Shown piece after piece: positions 54,859 through 64,000 of a stretch of 64,000 nucleotides of DNA. The DNA comes from an uncultured Chloroflexia bacterium (GTDB lineage Bacteria > Chloroflexota > Dehalococcoidia > DSTF01 > WHTK01). A program made the position numbers and the translations under genes. Location: assembly GCA_963766645.1 (NCBI GenBank), contig CAVYAY010000003.1, positions 554,926-618,925 on the forward strand. Direction: 5' to 3'. Numbering within the stretch: the first letter of the stretch is position 1; every line of letters begins with the position of its first letter. Under the pieces are notes generated by a model. It ran no database searches. It worked only from the letters and a program-made list of their open reading frames with translations, and was not told the origin of the DNA.

Positions 54859-55920
54859 TCAAAGTTTGATTGGAGCCGTGAAGTTGCGCTTCGTGCGCTC
54901 GTCGCCCGGCGAGAAGTTTGGCAGTACGGTCGATACACCGGCATTCGGGGCGCCGGAGACGACAAGCAATATCGAGTCCGGGCCGCGGGCGCCGTGGATG
55001 AACGCGTCGTCCGCCTCGCCTTCCAGACCGAGGATCTTGCCATAGCTCGCAAGCTGCGCCTTCGTCCTGCCCCAGTTCTCCCAGAGGAACTGCTTCGCGT
55101 CAGCCTTCGACCAGCCCTTGCTCGCCACGATGTTGGCGTGCTCCGGCCCCATCAGCAACACGCAGCACGAGTTCTGGTTATACGGCGGCGCCTCGTAGAT
55201 GCCGCCCGCGTAAGACATCGAGTCCGCGATCGTCATCAATATTTCTTCCGGCGTCTGCGTGCTGCGGTGCTCCACGTGCAGGTCAGAGCGCACCATCGCG
55301 ATCGTCGCCGTGCTGACATTCGCGTCGAATCCGCGCTCGACGTGCAGCGGTTCCCACGGACTGTCTTCTTCGTTCTCGGCGATGAACAGCGCGTACTTGC
55401 ACGGCGTCCCTTGCGTGCTCTGGTCGAACTCGTGCGGCTTCACGCCGAGCACGTTCATGATGATCAGGCGCATCGCGCGACCCAGCGTCGAGTTCGCGCG
55501 GTCACCCGGCCCCAGGATGTTCTCGAGGTAGTTGATCCCCAGCGCGTTGCGCACCGGCCCGTTGACGATGACCATCGTCGCCTGGCCCGTCGTGCTCTGC
55601 AGCAGCCCGCCGCCCGAGTCGATGCCCTTCAGCGCGTCGAGCGCTGCCAGCAGCACCGGAAAGTACTCCGGCTTGCAGCCCGCCATGACCGCGTTGATCG
55701 CCGCCTGGCGGACGTTGCAGGTGCGGTTGAGATGGTGCTGCACCAGCAGCACGTCGTCCGGGCCGCGGTCCGTCTGCGCCAGCATCTCGACGACGAACTC
55801 CTCGACCGGCGGAACGACGGGCAGGCCGTCGGTCCAGCCTTGCTCGAAGTAGTACTCCATCGCCTCGCGCGCCTTGCGCACGTCTTCGAAGGTCAGGTCT
55901 TCGACGGACCACGTCGTCAC
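54859..55920 (-). CDS. Conserved hypothetical protein (UGSC partner)
   Basis: GWTDGLPVVPP, AINAVMAGCKPEYFPV, NGP, RANSTLGRA, ENEEDSPW; directly downstream of the UGSC gene. Confidence 0.85.
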   Translation of the reverse strand: MTTWSVEDLTFEDVRKAREAMEYYFEQGWTDGLPVVPPVEEFVVEMLAQTDRGPDDVLLVQHHLNRTCNVRQAAINAVMAGCKPEYFPVLLAALDALKGIDSGGGLLQSTTGQATMVIVNGPVRNALGINYLENILGPGDRANSTLGRAMRLIIMNVLGVKPHEFDQSTQGTPCKYALFIAENEEDSPWEPLHVERGFDANVSTATIAMVRSDLHVEHRSTQTPEEILMTIADSMSYAGGIYEAPPYNQNSCCVLLMGPEHANIVASKGWSKADAKQFLWENWGRTKAQLASYGKILGLEGEADDAFIHGARGPDSILLVVSGAPNAGVSTVLPNFSPGDERTKRNFTAPIKL

Positions 55921-55930
55921 AAGCGCACTC

Positions 55931-56452
55931 CTATTTGAGCCCGAGAATCTCGATCACCTGCGGCAGCACATCCAGGGCGCGCTGCTTGATCTGGTCGTCT
56001 TTGAGATTGCCGATTGGATGCGGCACCATCGCGTACTTGAAGTCGGGGTATCCGTTTCGTCTCGCCATGGCGTTGCCCGCGCGCGTGAACTGATGCGTGA
56101 TTACGCAGGCCGTCGGGATGCCGCGCTTCTCGAAGAGGGTTGCGTCGGCCACACTGGCCGCACTGCAGCTTCCTCAATCGCCGACGCCCGCCAGTACGGC
56201 GTCGCACTCCTCCACCATCTCATCCAACGTGGCGTCCGGCGCTGGCAACGAGAAGCTGGGTTTGGTGTGGTGCACGACGGCCTTGACGCCGTACCGCTCA
56301 GACAGCAGCTCGCCAATCGCGTAGAGCACGGCGTCGGCGTTGAGCTTCGAGTTGCTCAGCAGGCCAAGCGTCTTGCCGCGTAGCGTACCGGGACGCGGCG
56401 CCAGCAGCTCTCGTCCCTCCTGCGAGGAGCCCTCCGGGTTGAGCAGGATCAT
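55931..56452 (-). CDS. UGSC-family selenoprotein (Sec at TGA 56174-56176)
   Basis: ORFs 56174..56452 and 55931..56152 are in frame across one TGA, giving GVGD-U-GSCSAASVADA..EKRGIP..VPHP. Confidence 0.88.
56132..56173 (-). promoter_or_regulatory. SECIS-like hairpin of the UGSC gene
   Basis: TGCGGCCA-GTG-TGGCCGACGCA beginning about 11 nt 3' of the TGA. Confidence 0.6.
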
Positions 56453-56632
56453 CTACCGCTCCTTCTTCCGTTCATCCGCCCGCATTGTACGATGCGTCCT
56501 CTCGCCGCACGCCCCCTGAAGGGTGAACCTGCAACTGGTAAAATGTCCGGTCCGTGTCAGCCGAGGGTTTCAACCCTCAGGTTTGATATCTCACTAACGA
56601 CCCGAGACGATGGCTCTGCGCCCAAACCGCCG

Positions 56633-58004
56633 TTAACCCGCCAACGCTGCCTTGACGGCGCGCACCAGCGCCGCGTGCTCGCGGTTCGCCACGCTGCGCG
56701 GGTCCAGCAGCAGCCGCCCATCTTCAATCCGGCCCACGACCGGCGTCTCGCCCTGCCGTAGCCGCTTCGCCAGCGCCTCCAGCGCTGCGCCGCTTGCCGC
56801 CGGGATCGCGACGAGCTTCGTCGGAAGGCTCTCCTCCGGCAGGCTGCCGCCGCCGATCATCGACCGCCCATCCACCACGGTCGCGCCTTCGCCGATGCAG
56901 ACGCGCCAGCGCGCCGCGCTGTCGCCGTGATTTCCGCCAGAGGCGCGGCGATCATGCGCCAGACCGGCACCTCGCGCTCCGCTTCGCCCTTGGCGTAATG
57001 CAGCAATGTGGCGTTGAGCCCCGCGATGCTCGCCTTGTCCATGCGCAGCGCCCGCGCCAGCGGATGCCGCCGCAGCTGCGCGATCAGCTCTTTCTTGCCT
57101 ACGACGACGCCCGCCTGCGGCCCGCCCAGCAGCTTGTCGCCGGAGAACATGACCAGATCGGCGCCGGCGCGCGATGCTCGCCTGCGGCGTCGGCTCCTCG
57201 CTAAGGCCGTAAGCTCGCGTATCGAGCAGGCAGCCGCTGCCGAGGTCGTCCAGCAGCAGCACTCCGCGCTCGTGCGCCAGCATCGCCAGCGACTCCAGCG
57301 AAGCGCGCTTCCACGAAGCCGACGACGCGGAAGTTGCTGCTGTGCACTCGCATCAGCGCCGCTGTCTCTTCGCCAATCGCATCCTCATAATCGCGGACGT
57401 ACGTCCGGTTCGTCGTCCCGACCTCGATCAGTCTCGCGCCGCTCTGCGCCATGACGTCCGGTATGCGGAACCCGCCACCAATTTCCACAAGTTGGCCACG
57501 CGAGATCACGACCTCGCGGCCCTGTGCCAGCGCGGAAAGCGCCAGCAGCAGCGCCGCGGCGTTGTTGTTGACCGCGATCGCTGCCTCGGCGCCGGTGACG
57601 CGGCAGAGCAGCGCCTCCACGTGGTCGTAACGGCTGCCGCGCTCCCCGGCCTCCAGCTCAAACTCGAGGTTGCTGTAGCCACGGCCGATGGCGCTCATCG
57701 CAGCGATCGCCGCGTCCGAAAGCGGCGCACGTCCCAGGTTCGTGTGGATGATCACTCCCGTCGCGTTGATCACGGGGCGCAGGCTGGCGCGCAACGATGC
57801 GTAGGCGCGCTCGGCCGCCGCGCCCGCTATCGACGCCAGCGAAACATCGGCGCCGCCGTTCTGCAGGGCTGCCCTTCGCTCCGTCAGCTCGGCGCGAACA
57901 GCCTCCGTCGCCGCCGCACTGCCGACCTCGGCTATAGCGCGCTGCAGCGCCTCGTCCGCAAGCACGCGGTCGACGGAAGGTAGGCGGCGGTACTGGTTCG
58001 TCAT
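56633..58004 (-). CDS. selA: L-seryl-tRNA(Sec) selenium transferase, frameshifted
   Basis: [62 protein letters not shown]. Confidence 0.95.
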
Positions 58005-58101
58005 CAGGTCGATTCTACGACTTCTCGCTGCCTCAACTGAGGGGATCGCCTGATTGCGAGGATCGTTAGAGAGGCACACAGTGTGCGCGTGAGGTGACGT
58101 T

Positions 58102-58224
58102 ATGTCAGAAAGCGACTCCGAAACACGCACCGAGTCCACCCGCCGCCTGCCCCTGAAGGCGTGGCTGTTCGCGGCCCTGCTCTTCGTCTTCGGCATCCGG
58201 ATGCTGACGGCTGGGGAGCGCTGA
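58102..58224 (+). CDS. 40-aa membrane peptide
   Basis: SD GAGGTG, MSESDSETRTESTRRLPLKAWLFAALLFVFGIRMLTAGER; stop is 1 nt before the next start. Confidence 0.5.
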   Translation: MSESDSETRTESTRRLPLKAWLFAALLFVFGIRMLTAGER

Positions 58225-58225
58225 C

Positions 58226-58681
58226 GTGTGTTGCCGCACCGTCGTCAGGCCACTCAACCCCGAGCTGGTACGGGCGACATTGACGGTCGGTCAGTTCAAG
58301 CCCGTGTACTTCGCGCCTGACCGGCCCGACCTCGCGACGCGCTGGGAGCGCGACGTCCCCGAGGAGTCCGCCACCGTAACCGTCCACGTGGTCAACGACG
58401 GCATCGAGCTCAGCATCTCACCGGCCATCAGCCACTACGATCACCACATGGGCAAGCGTATCGCCGCCGGCATCTACTTCGAGATCGCAGCGCGCTACGC
58501 CGAGAAGGTGGGTGGCACGGTCATCCAGCGCGCCACCGTCGAGGGCTGCACGTCAGGCCAGGGTTCCAAAGAGCTGCTGCTGGCGTCCTATCCCGCGATG
58601 CCGCTCAGCTTCGAGCGCATCTGCAACGGCTTCCAGGACGCCATCTTCGGCGAGGAGTACGCCCACCACCACGCGGCCTGA
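58226..58681 (+). CDS. Hypothetical Cys/His-rich protein
   Basis: 151 aa, native high-GC3 codon style, SD GGGGAG, MCC start and HHH end. Confidence 0.75.
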   Translation: MCCRTVVRPLNPELVRATLTVGQFKPVYFAPDRPDLATRWERDVPEESATVTVHVVNDGIELSISPAISHYDHHMGKRIAAGIYFEIAARYAEKVGGTVIQRATVEGCTSGQGSKELLLASYPAMPLSFERICNGFQDAIFGEEYAHHHAA

Positions 58682-58683
58682 AG

Positions 58684-59088
58684 CTACTCGGCCGTTACCT
58701 CGCCAGACATCACCTGCGGACCGTAGATCGGGCAGAAGAACTGGAAGGTGCCCGGTTCTGTCAACGTAAAGCTGACGATCTTCGTCTCGCCCACCGCGAT
58801 CGGGTTGCTGTCCACGATGCTGCCGATGCGGAAGCGGTGCGCCTGCGTACCAATGTTGACCAGCCGGATCGTGAACTGCTTGCCGACTGGCACCGTAAAC
58901 TTCGCTGGAGTGAACACGTAATCGGTACCGTTCGGGCCGGTCGGACCGTCCATCGTCAGTTCGAGGTCCACGACCACGTTGGCGTCGGCATTCGAATCGT
59001 TCTTGTTATCGCCGCCGCCGCCCGTGAACAGGATCAGGAACAAGGCAATGACGGCAATGATTCCGCCGAGAACGAGCAGGTTCTTCAA
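58684..59088 (-). CDS. Membrane-anchored cupredoxin-fold protein
   Basis: YVFTPAKFTV, NIGTQAH, PGTFQFFCPIY..MSG; SD GAGGTGG. Confidence 0.8.
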   Translation of the reverse strand: MKNLLVLGGIIAVIALFLILFTGGGGDNKNDSNADANVVVDLELTMDGPTGPNGTDYVFTPAKFTVPVGKQFTIRLVNIGTQAHRFRIGSIVDSNPIAVGETKIVSFTLTEPGTFQFFCPIYGPQVMSGEVTAE

Positions 59089-59569
59089 ATTGCCACCTCA
59101 TGCCGCCAGCGGAAGCCCCACGGCCTGCGGGTCGGAGGTGGCGCAATCTTGGCCCCGACCCGCGGCGATGTCAACGTTGGCGAGAGTCCGTCTTTGACGA
59201 AAGATGATCTGTAATATCAATCCGTTCCACACCGTCTGGCCCGATCCTTTGAAGGGACCGAGTGGCATCTTCCGGACCAACGGATGCTGATCATTTGGAT
59301 CGATTTCGAATGGTGACGTACCTTGCCGTCGTCGTTGCTCTCCTCGGGCCTTTCATCCCGCTTCTCCACTGCGCGATAGTGCGACTCAAACTAAAGTGCG
59401 AATAGCGTGACATCGTAGTTGAATCTAGCCTCGCAAACGGCATCGTCAGACTGTGGAATTCGTTGGGCCGGCTGCCCCAGTGTCTGCTTTCACGACCTAC
59501 GACTCTGAGCAGTAGGAACGCGCCCAGCAGCAGGAAGCGCTACCATCCATCTCGAAAGAGAGGCAACCG

Positions 59570-60433
59570 GTGGCTTCGACGATAGAGATCCACGACGGGA
59601 TGGTGGCTGCGGCGCTGGCTCAACGGAAGCGAATCGGGCAAGCGACAGAGGAAGACCGCTGGACGGGTGCGCTGGCCGAGCGGTTCAGGAGTGACCCTCA
59701 TCGAGACCCGGAGGGCCTGCTTCAAGCGTTCCTCGATCTTGTTCGTCCCGACGATGTCGTGCTTGACGTGGGTGGTGGCGGTGGCCGCTTCACACTGCCG
59801 CTCGCGTTGCATTGCCGCGAGGTGATCAACATCGATCCCTCACCGGGAATGCACGCGGTATTCGACTCCGTGGCGAAGGACGCCGGGATCATCAATGCTC
59901 GGTATGTCGAGCAGGACTGGTTAACCACGGATGGCTTCGATTGCGACGTGAGCATCGTTTCTCACGTGACCTACTTTGTGGCCAACATCGAAACGTTCAT
60001 CCGCAAACTCGAAGCCGCGACGCGGCGTCTGATCGTCATAGACGTGACTGCCACTCCGAACCCCAACCGGGGTGCTGATGTCTTCGAGGCCGTCTGGGGT
60101 GAAGATCAGTCTCTCGTCCCAGGTTACAAGGAACTCCTGCCCGCGCTGTGGGAAATGAACATCCTGCCCGAGGTGAGCGTGCTCCCCGAAGGCAGTTTCC
60201 GGGTTCAAGGCCCCCTGGTGGCAGGCGTCTTTCCAACCCGGTTCGATGCCATCCACTCGCTGCTGCAGGGCAGTGTTGGTGGACAATCGGAAAGCGCTCG
60301 CTGGGCCGCGGCAGTCGATTCGCATTTTGACGAGCTCTTCGCGCCAACGGAGGGAGGGTTTCTGAGGCGGTACACGCCAGATCAGAGGCAGGTATTGATT
60401 AGCTGGAACCCGACGCAACGTGGTGGCGGTTGA
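59570..60433 (+). CDS. Class I SAM-dependent methyltransferase
   Basis: VVLDVGGGGGR, IDPSPGM, SHVTYFV; SD AGAGAGG. Confidence 0.85.
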   Translation: MASTIEIHDGMVAAALAQRKRIGQATEEDRWTGALAERFRSDPHRDPEGLLQAFLDLVRPDDVVLDVGGGGGRFTLPLALHCREVINIDPSPGMHAVFDSVAKDAGIINARYVEQDWLTTDGFDCDVSIVSHVTYFVANIETFIRKLEAATRRLIVIDVTATPNPNRGADVFEAVWGEDQSLVPGYKELLPALWEMNILPEVSVLPEGSFRVQGPLVAGVFPTRFDAIHSLLQGSVGGQSESARWAAAVDSHFDELFAPTEGGFLRRYTPDQRQVLISWNPTQRGGG

Positions 60434-60706
60434 GGATTCTAAGGCGACTAAGCTAAGAAGGCTACCGGGGTCTATCAATACGAAGAGACGGGCGATGTGT
60501 GCTTGACCCGTTCGCTCGTCACCGTGCCGCGATTCTGTCGTGAAGGAGTGACGGTGGCAAACACCTTCCGCGTAGCAGCTCCGAACGTCCACGCACGTCT
60601 TCCGCGGTTCTTCGGCGTTGCTGTCGCGGTTGCTGTCAATCGTTGGAGCAGAGAGCTTACGCCCTAACTTGCTTAGCCCACTTAAGGCTAAATCAGATTC
60701 GAAATT

Positions 60707-60804
60707 TGGCGGGAGTGCGAGGGAGTCGAACCCTCCTTTCAACACGCAGGTGCCGAAACAACGATTTTGAAGACCGCAGAAGCCACCGGGCCCCATCCAC
60801 TCCC
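60707..60804 (-). tRNA. selC: tRNA-Sec (anticodon UCA)
   Basis: GGGAGTGG..6-bp D stem..CT-TCA-AA..long variable arm..GGTTCGACTCC..GCCA; 98 nt; between selA and selB. Confidence 0.95.
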
Positions 60805-60849
60805 GCACGTAGCTTACTAGGCGGTTCCCTCAGACGTAACGCTTCTTCT

Positions 60850-61551
60850 TCAGCCTTCGTCGTGGTCGGCTCGCACCACCGTGTACGCGAACGCGCCGAG
60901 GATCGCGCCGATCGGCGGCGCGATGAGGTAGATCCAGTAGTCGGATAGCTCGCCGGAGATCAGCGCCGGTCCCAGGCTACGCGCCGGGTTCATCGAGCCG
61001 CCGGTAATCGGCCCGCCGATCAATACGTCCAGCCCAACCGTCGAGCCGATCGCGAGCGCGGCTCCGGCGCCAACGGCGCGCACGTCCGTGGCCACAGCCG
61101 TGATCACGAACATCAGCAGAAACGTCAGCACGATCTCCATGCCGATGCCCTGTGCGTCGCTGCCGGACGGACCGGTCACACCGCTCTTCAGCGCATCGCC
61201 GAATAGCGCCCACAGGACCGCCGCCCCGATGATCCCGCCGAGGAACTGCACAGCGATGTACGGCGCGACCTCGCGTGGCTGAAAGTGCCGGAACAGCGCG
61301 AAGGCGATTGTCACGCCGGGGTTGAAGTGCGCGCCGGAGACGTGGCCCACGGCGTAGATCAGCACCATGATGATGATGCCGTTGGCCGCGGCAATGCCCT
61401 CCAGCGTGATGGCGCCGTCCCGGTAGGACGAAATCACGGCGGAGCCGGGGCCGAAGATGACCAGGAGAGCTGTGCCGATCAGCTCGGCAGTCAGTCGCTG
61501 CGGCAACGGCACGCTCAGGAGTGGTGGCTCCCGCCGCGCGAAGAGCGTCAT
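60850..61551 (-). CDS. MIP-family channel (aquaporin/aquaglyceroporin, possible arsenite channel)
   Basis: AELIGT, SGAHFNPGVT, GGSMNPARSLGP. Confidence 0.92.
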   Translation of the reverse strand: MTLFARREPPLLSVPLPQRLTAELIGTALLVIFGPGSAVISSYRDGAITLEGIAAANGIIIMVLIYAVGHVSGAHFNPGVTIAFALFRHFQPREVAPYIAVQFLGGIIGAAVLWALFGDALKSGVTGPSGSDAQGIGMEIVLTFLLMFVITAVATDVRAVGAGAALAIGSTVGLDVLIGGPITGGSMNPARSLGPALISGELSDYWIYLIAPPIGAILGAFAYTVVRADHDEG

Positions 61552-61559
61552 GACCGAGA

Positions 61560-61850
61560 TCATATGGCTACCACCGTCTGTTTAAGCCAAGCGAGGGCTT
61601 CTTTGTCGATGCAGTAGCCGGACCGCGGACCCGGGCCGCACTGCCTTATCAGCCCTGCATCCTTGAGCACGCGCAGGTGCTCCGACACTGTTGATTGCGC
61701 CAGCCCGGCGTGCCGCGTGAAGTCCACGCAGTTCGCCTCGCCGGAATCCGAGAGTAGCTGCACGATCTCTAGCCTTACCGGATGCGACAGCGCCTTCAGC
61801 ATCGTTGCCAGCCTGTCCGCGTCGAGCCCAACAAACTTCACCTGCTCCAT
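61560..61850 (-). CDS. arsR: ArsR/SmtB metalloregulator
   Basis: LKALSHPVRLEIV, C, LAQSTVSEHLRVLKDAGLI, YC. Confidence 0.85.
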   Translation of the reverse strand: MEQVKFVGLDADRLATMLKALSHPVRLEIVQLLSDSGEANCVDFTRHAGLAQSTVSEHLRVLKDAGLIRQCGPGPRSGYCIDKEALAWLKQTVVAI

Positions 61851-61958
61851 ACCATCGCCAAATTACGATGGTCGCGCGGCGGCGGCAAGGCCTGGAGACG
61901 TGCTTTTACAAGACGTTTACGCCTCCAGTGTCGGGTACGGGGGTGTCACACTAGTCGA

Positions 61959-62603
61959 GTGAAAGTGGACGCCGCGCTCGCGGCCTTGTGGCTGACCTGT
62001 CTGATCGCCTTCGTGGCGCTCGGACTCTACGTCAGCGCCCGTGACGCGCCCGGCGTTGACCTCGACCTCGCCCGGGCAGTCCAGGACCTGCCGAACGTCC
62101 TCGGCCCGCTGTTCGACGCCGTTAACTGGCTGGGCAGCGGTTGGCCCGTGTCATTGCTGGCGCTGTGCCTGGCGGGCGTCTTTCTGACACGCGGGTTGCG
62201 CCTGGAGACGGCGCTTCTTGCCCTGAGCTTCGCCGCTCGAGGGACGCAGGCGTTGATGAAGGAGCTCTTCGCGGCGCCTCGCCCGCTGCCTAGCCAGGTC
62301 GATGTGAGCCAGACCCTGGGCTCGTTTGCCTATCCGTCCGGCCATGTTGTCGGAACCACGGTCTTGTTTATCTTGCTGCTCGTGTTCGCACCGCGTCTCC
62401 GCCTGCATAGCTTGCTAACTCGCTTGCTCCAGGCCGCGTGTGTCGTGATGGTGCTGAGTATGCCGCTGGCGCGCGTCTGGGCCGGCGCCCACTGGCCGTC
62501 CGATGTGCTCGGCGGCTATCTCTTCGCGCTGCTCTGGCTGATCCCGATCCTGCGTTTCGAACCTTCCCTGAGTAGATACCTGCATCGAGACGCTCCCCTC
62601 TAG
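61959..62603 (+). CDS. PAP2-family membrane phosphatase
   Basis: [25 protein letters not shown]. Confidence 0.9.
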   Translation: MKVDAALAALWLTCLIAFVALGLYVSARDAPGVDLDLARAVQDLPNVLGPLFDAVNWLGSGWPVSLLALCLAGVFLTRGLRLETALLALSFAARGTQALMKELFAAPRPLPSQVDVSQTLGSFAYPSGHVVGTTVLFILLLVFAPRLRLHSLLTRLLQAACVVMVLSMPLARVWAGAHWPSDVLGGYLFALLWLIPILRFEPSLSRYLHRDAPL

Positions 62604-62612
62604 AATGACCCT

Positions 62613-64000
62613 ATGTTCGTGATAGGCACCGCCGGCCACGTCGACCACGGCAAGTCGGCGCTGGTGCAGGCCCTCACCGGCATCGACCCGGACCGGCTCC
62701 AGGAGGAGAAGGACCGCGGTATGACCATTGACCTCGGCTTCGCCTGGATACGGCTGCCCGGAGGCACCGAGGTCAGCATCGTCGACGTGCCCGGCCACGA
62801 GCGCTTCATCAAGAACATGCTGGCCGGCGTCGGCGGCATCGACCTGGCGCTGCTCGTCATCGCGGCGGACGAGGGCGTCATGCCCCAGACGCGGGAGCAC
62901 CTCGCCATCCTCGACCTGCTCGGCGTGCAGCGCGGCGTGCTCGTCGTGACCAAGTCAGACCTCGTCGAACCCGACTTCCTCGACCTCGTTGCGGCGGACG
63001 TCGAGGACGTCGTCAAGGGCACGACGCTGGAGGGTTCGCCCCTCGTGCGCTGCTCCGCCGTCACGCGCGAAGGCCTGGACGAGCTGCTGGACGTGATCGA
63101 GCAGCGCCTCTCCGAGACGGAGCCGAAACGCGACCTCGGCCGCCCGCGCCTTCCCATCGACCGCGTCTTCACGATCGCCGGTTTCGGCACCGTAGTCACC
63201 GGCACGCTGATCGACGGCACGTTGAGCGTCGGCCAGGAGGTCGAGATTATCCCCGCGGTCGAGGGCGGCCACCTGACGACGCTGCGCAGCCGCCTGCGCG
63301 GCATCCAGACGCACCGCAGCAAGGTCGAGCAGGCGGAGCCCGGCACCCGCACCGCTGCCAACCTCGCCAACATCGAGCCCGACCAGCTATCGCGAGGCCA
63401 GGTCGTGACCACGCCGGGCTGGCTGCGCCCCTCCGAAGCCGTCGACGTACGGCTGAAGGCGCTGGAGTCGCTGGGGCGGCCCCTGCGGCACAACCTCAAC
63501 GTGACGTTCCACAGCCTCGCCGCCGAAGCCCCGGCCCGCCTGCGGCTTCTCGAAGTCGACGAGATGCTGCCCGGCGAAGAGACGTGGGCGCAGCTACGCC
63601 TCTACAAGCCCACCGCCGTGCTCAAAGGCGACCGCTTCATCATCCGCGACGCCAACGACACGCTGGGCGGCGGCGTCATCGTTGAGACGCAGGCGAAGCG
63701 CCACCCACGCCGTCGCCCCGGCGTCATCGCCGCGCTGGAGCGCCAGCAGTCCGGGGACCCCGCCGAGACCGTCTACGCCGCTATCGCCGCGTCCGAGCCC
63801 GCCGAGCTGCGAGCCGTCCTGACACGAACCGACCTCCCCGCCGGCGCCGCGGCGGAAGCCGTAGGCGCGCTGGTCAGCACAGGACGCATCGTCCTCCTCG
63901 GCGAGGGTGACACGCGCACCGCCTACACGGCAGGCGGATTCGAACGCCTGCGCCTGAAAACGCAGTCAACGGTCGAGGCGTATCTCAAGCAGAACCCACT
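62613..64000 (+). CDS. selB: Selenocysteine-specific elongation factor, 3'-truncated by the window
   Basis: [54 protein letters not shown]. Confidence 0.96.
   Translation, partial: MFVIGTAGHVDHGKSALVQALTGIDPDRLQEEKDRGMTIDLGFAWIRLPGGTEVSIVDVPGHERFIKNMLAGVGGIDLALLVIAADEGVMPQTREHLAILDLLGVQRGVLVVTKSDLVEPDFLDLVAADVEDVVKGTTLEGSPLVRCSAVTREGLDELLDVIEQRLSETEPKRDLGRPRLPIDRVFTIAGFGTVVTGTLIDGTLSVGQEVEIIPAVEGGHLTTLRSRLRGIQTHRSKVEQAEPGTRTAANLANIEPDQLSRGQVVTTPGWLRPSEAVDVRLKALESLGRPLRHNLNVTFHSLAAEAPARLRLLEVDEMLPGEETWAQLRLYKPTAVLKGDRFIIRDANDTLGGGVIVETQAKRHPRRRPGVIAALERQQSGDPAETVYAAIAASEPAELRAVLTRTDLPAGAAAEAVGALVSTGRIVLLGEGDTRTAYTAGGFERLRLKTQSTVEAYLKQNP

Noticed and set aside
58222-58224. TGA as a Sec codon joining the 40-aa ORF to the 58226 ORF
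   Set aside because: The ORFs are in different frames and the second has its own SD
59098-59280. 60-aa minus-strand ORF upstream of the cupredoxin gene
   Set aside because: No SD, no motif and atypical composition

Overview
High-GC bacterial chromosomal window. Gene content and style suggest Chloroflexota, Dehalococcoidia-like (inference). Many conserved genes (dppBC, tig, clpX, amtB, fdh, selA, egtBD) carry 1-nt frameshifts, most simply explained as long-read consensus errors, so CDS coordinates are reconstructed across them. Order: peptide ABC transporter; tig-clpP-clpX; GAF-GGDEF cyclase; a 6S-like ncRNA candidate; Eis acetyltransferase and small redox genes; a ligand-substituted Rieske protein; a nitrogen locus (amtB, GlnR-type 11-bp repeat boxes, a receiver-less OmpR-type regulator and an unannotated 27-aa membrane peptide); ADHs; an alpha-hydroxy-acid oxidase whose 3' 68 bp are duplicated around a cargo gene; treYZ; thiolase-like/DUF35/CoA-transferase; two BBE-type flavin oxidases. 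The last ~22 kb are a selenium/thiol neighbourhood: Sec-formate dehydrogenase (in-frame TGA + SECIS), egtD/egtB, a MetE-like protein, a UGSC selenoprotein (TGA + SECIS) with its partner, selA, tRNA-Sec (selC), arsR-aquaporin and selB. No CRISPR array, rRNA, transposase or integrase was seen.
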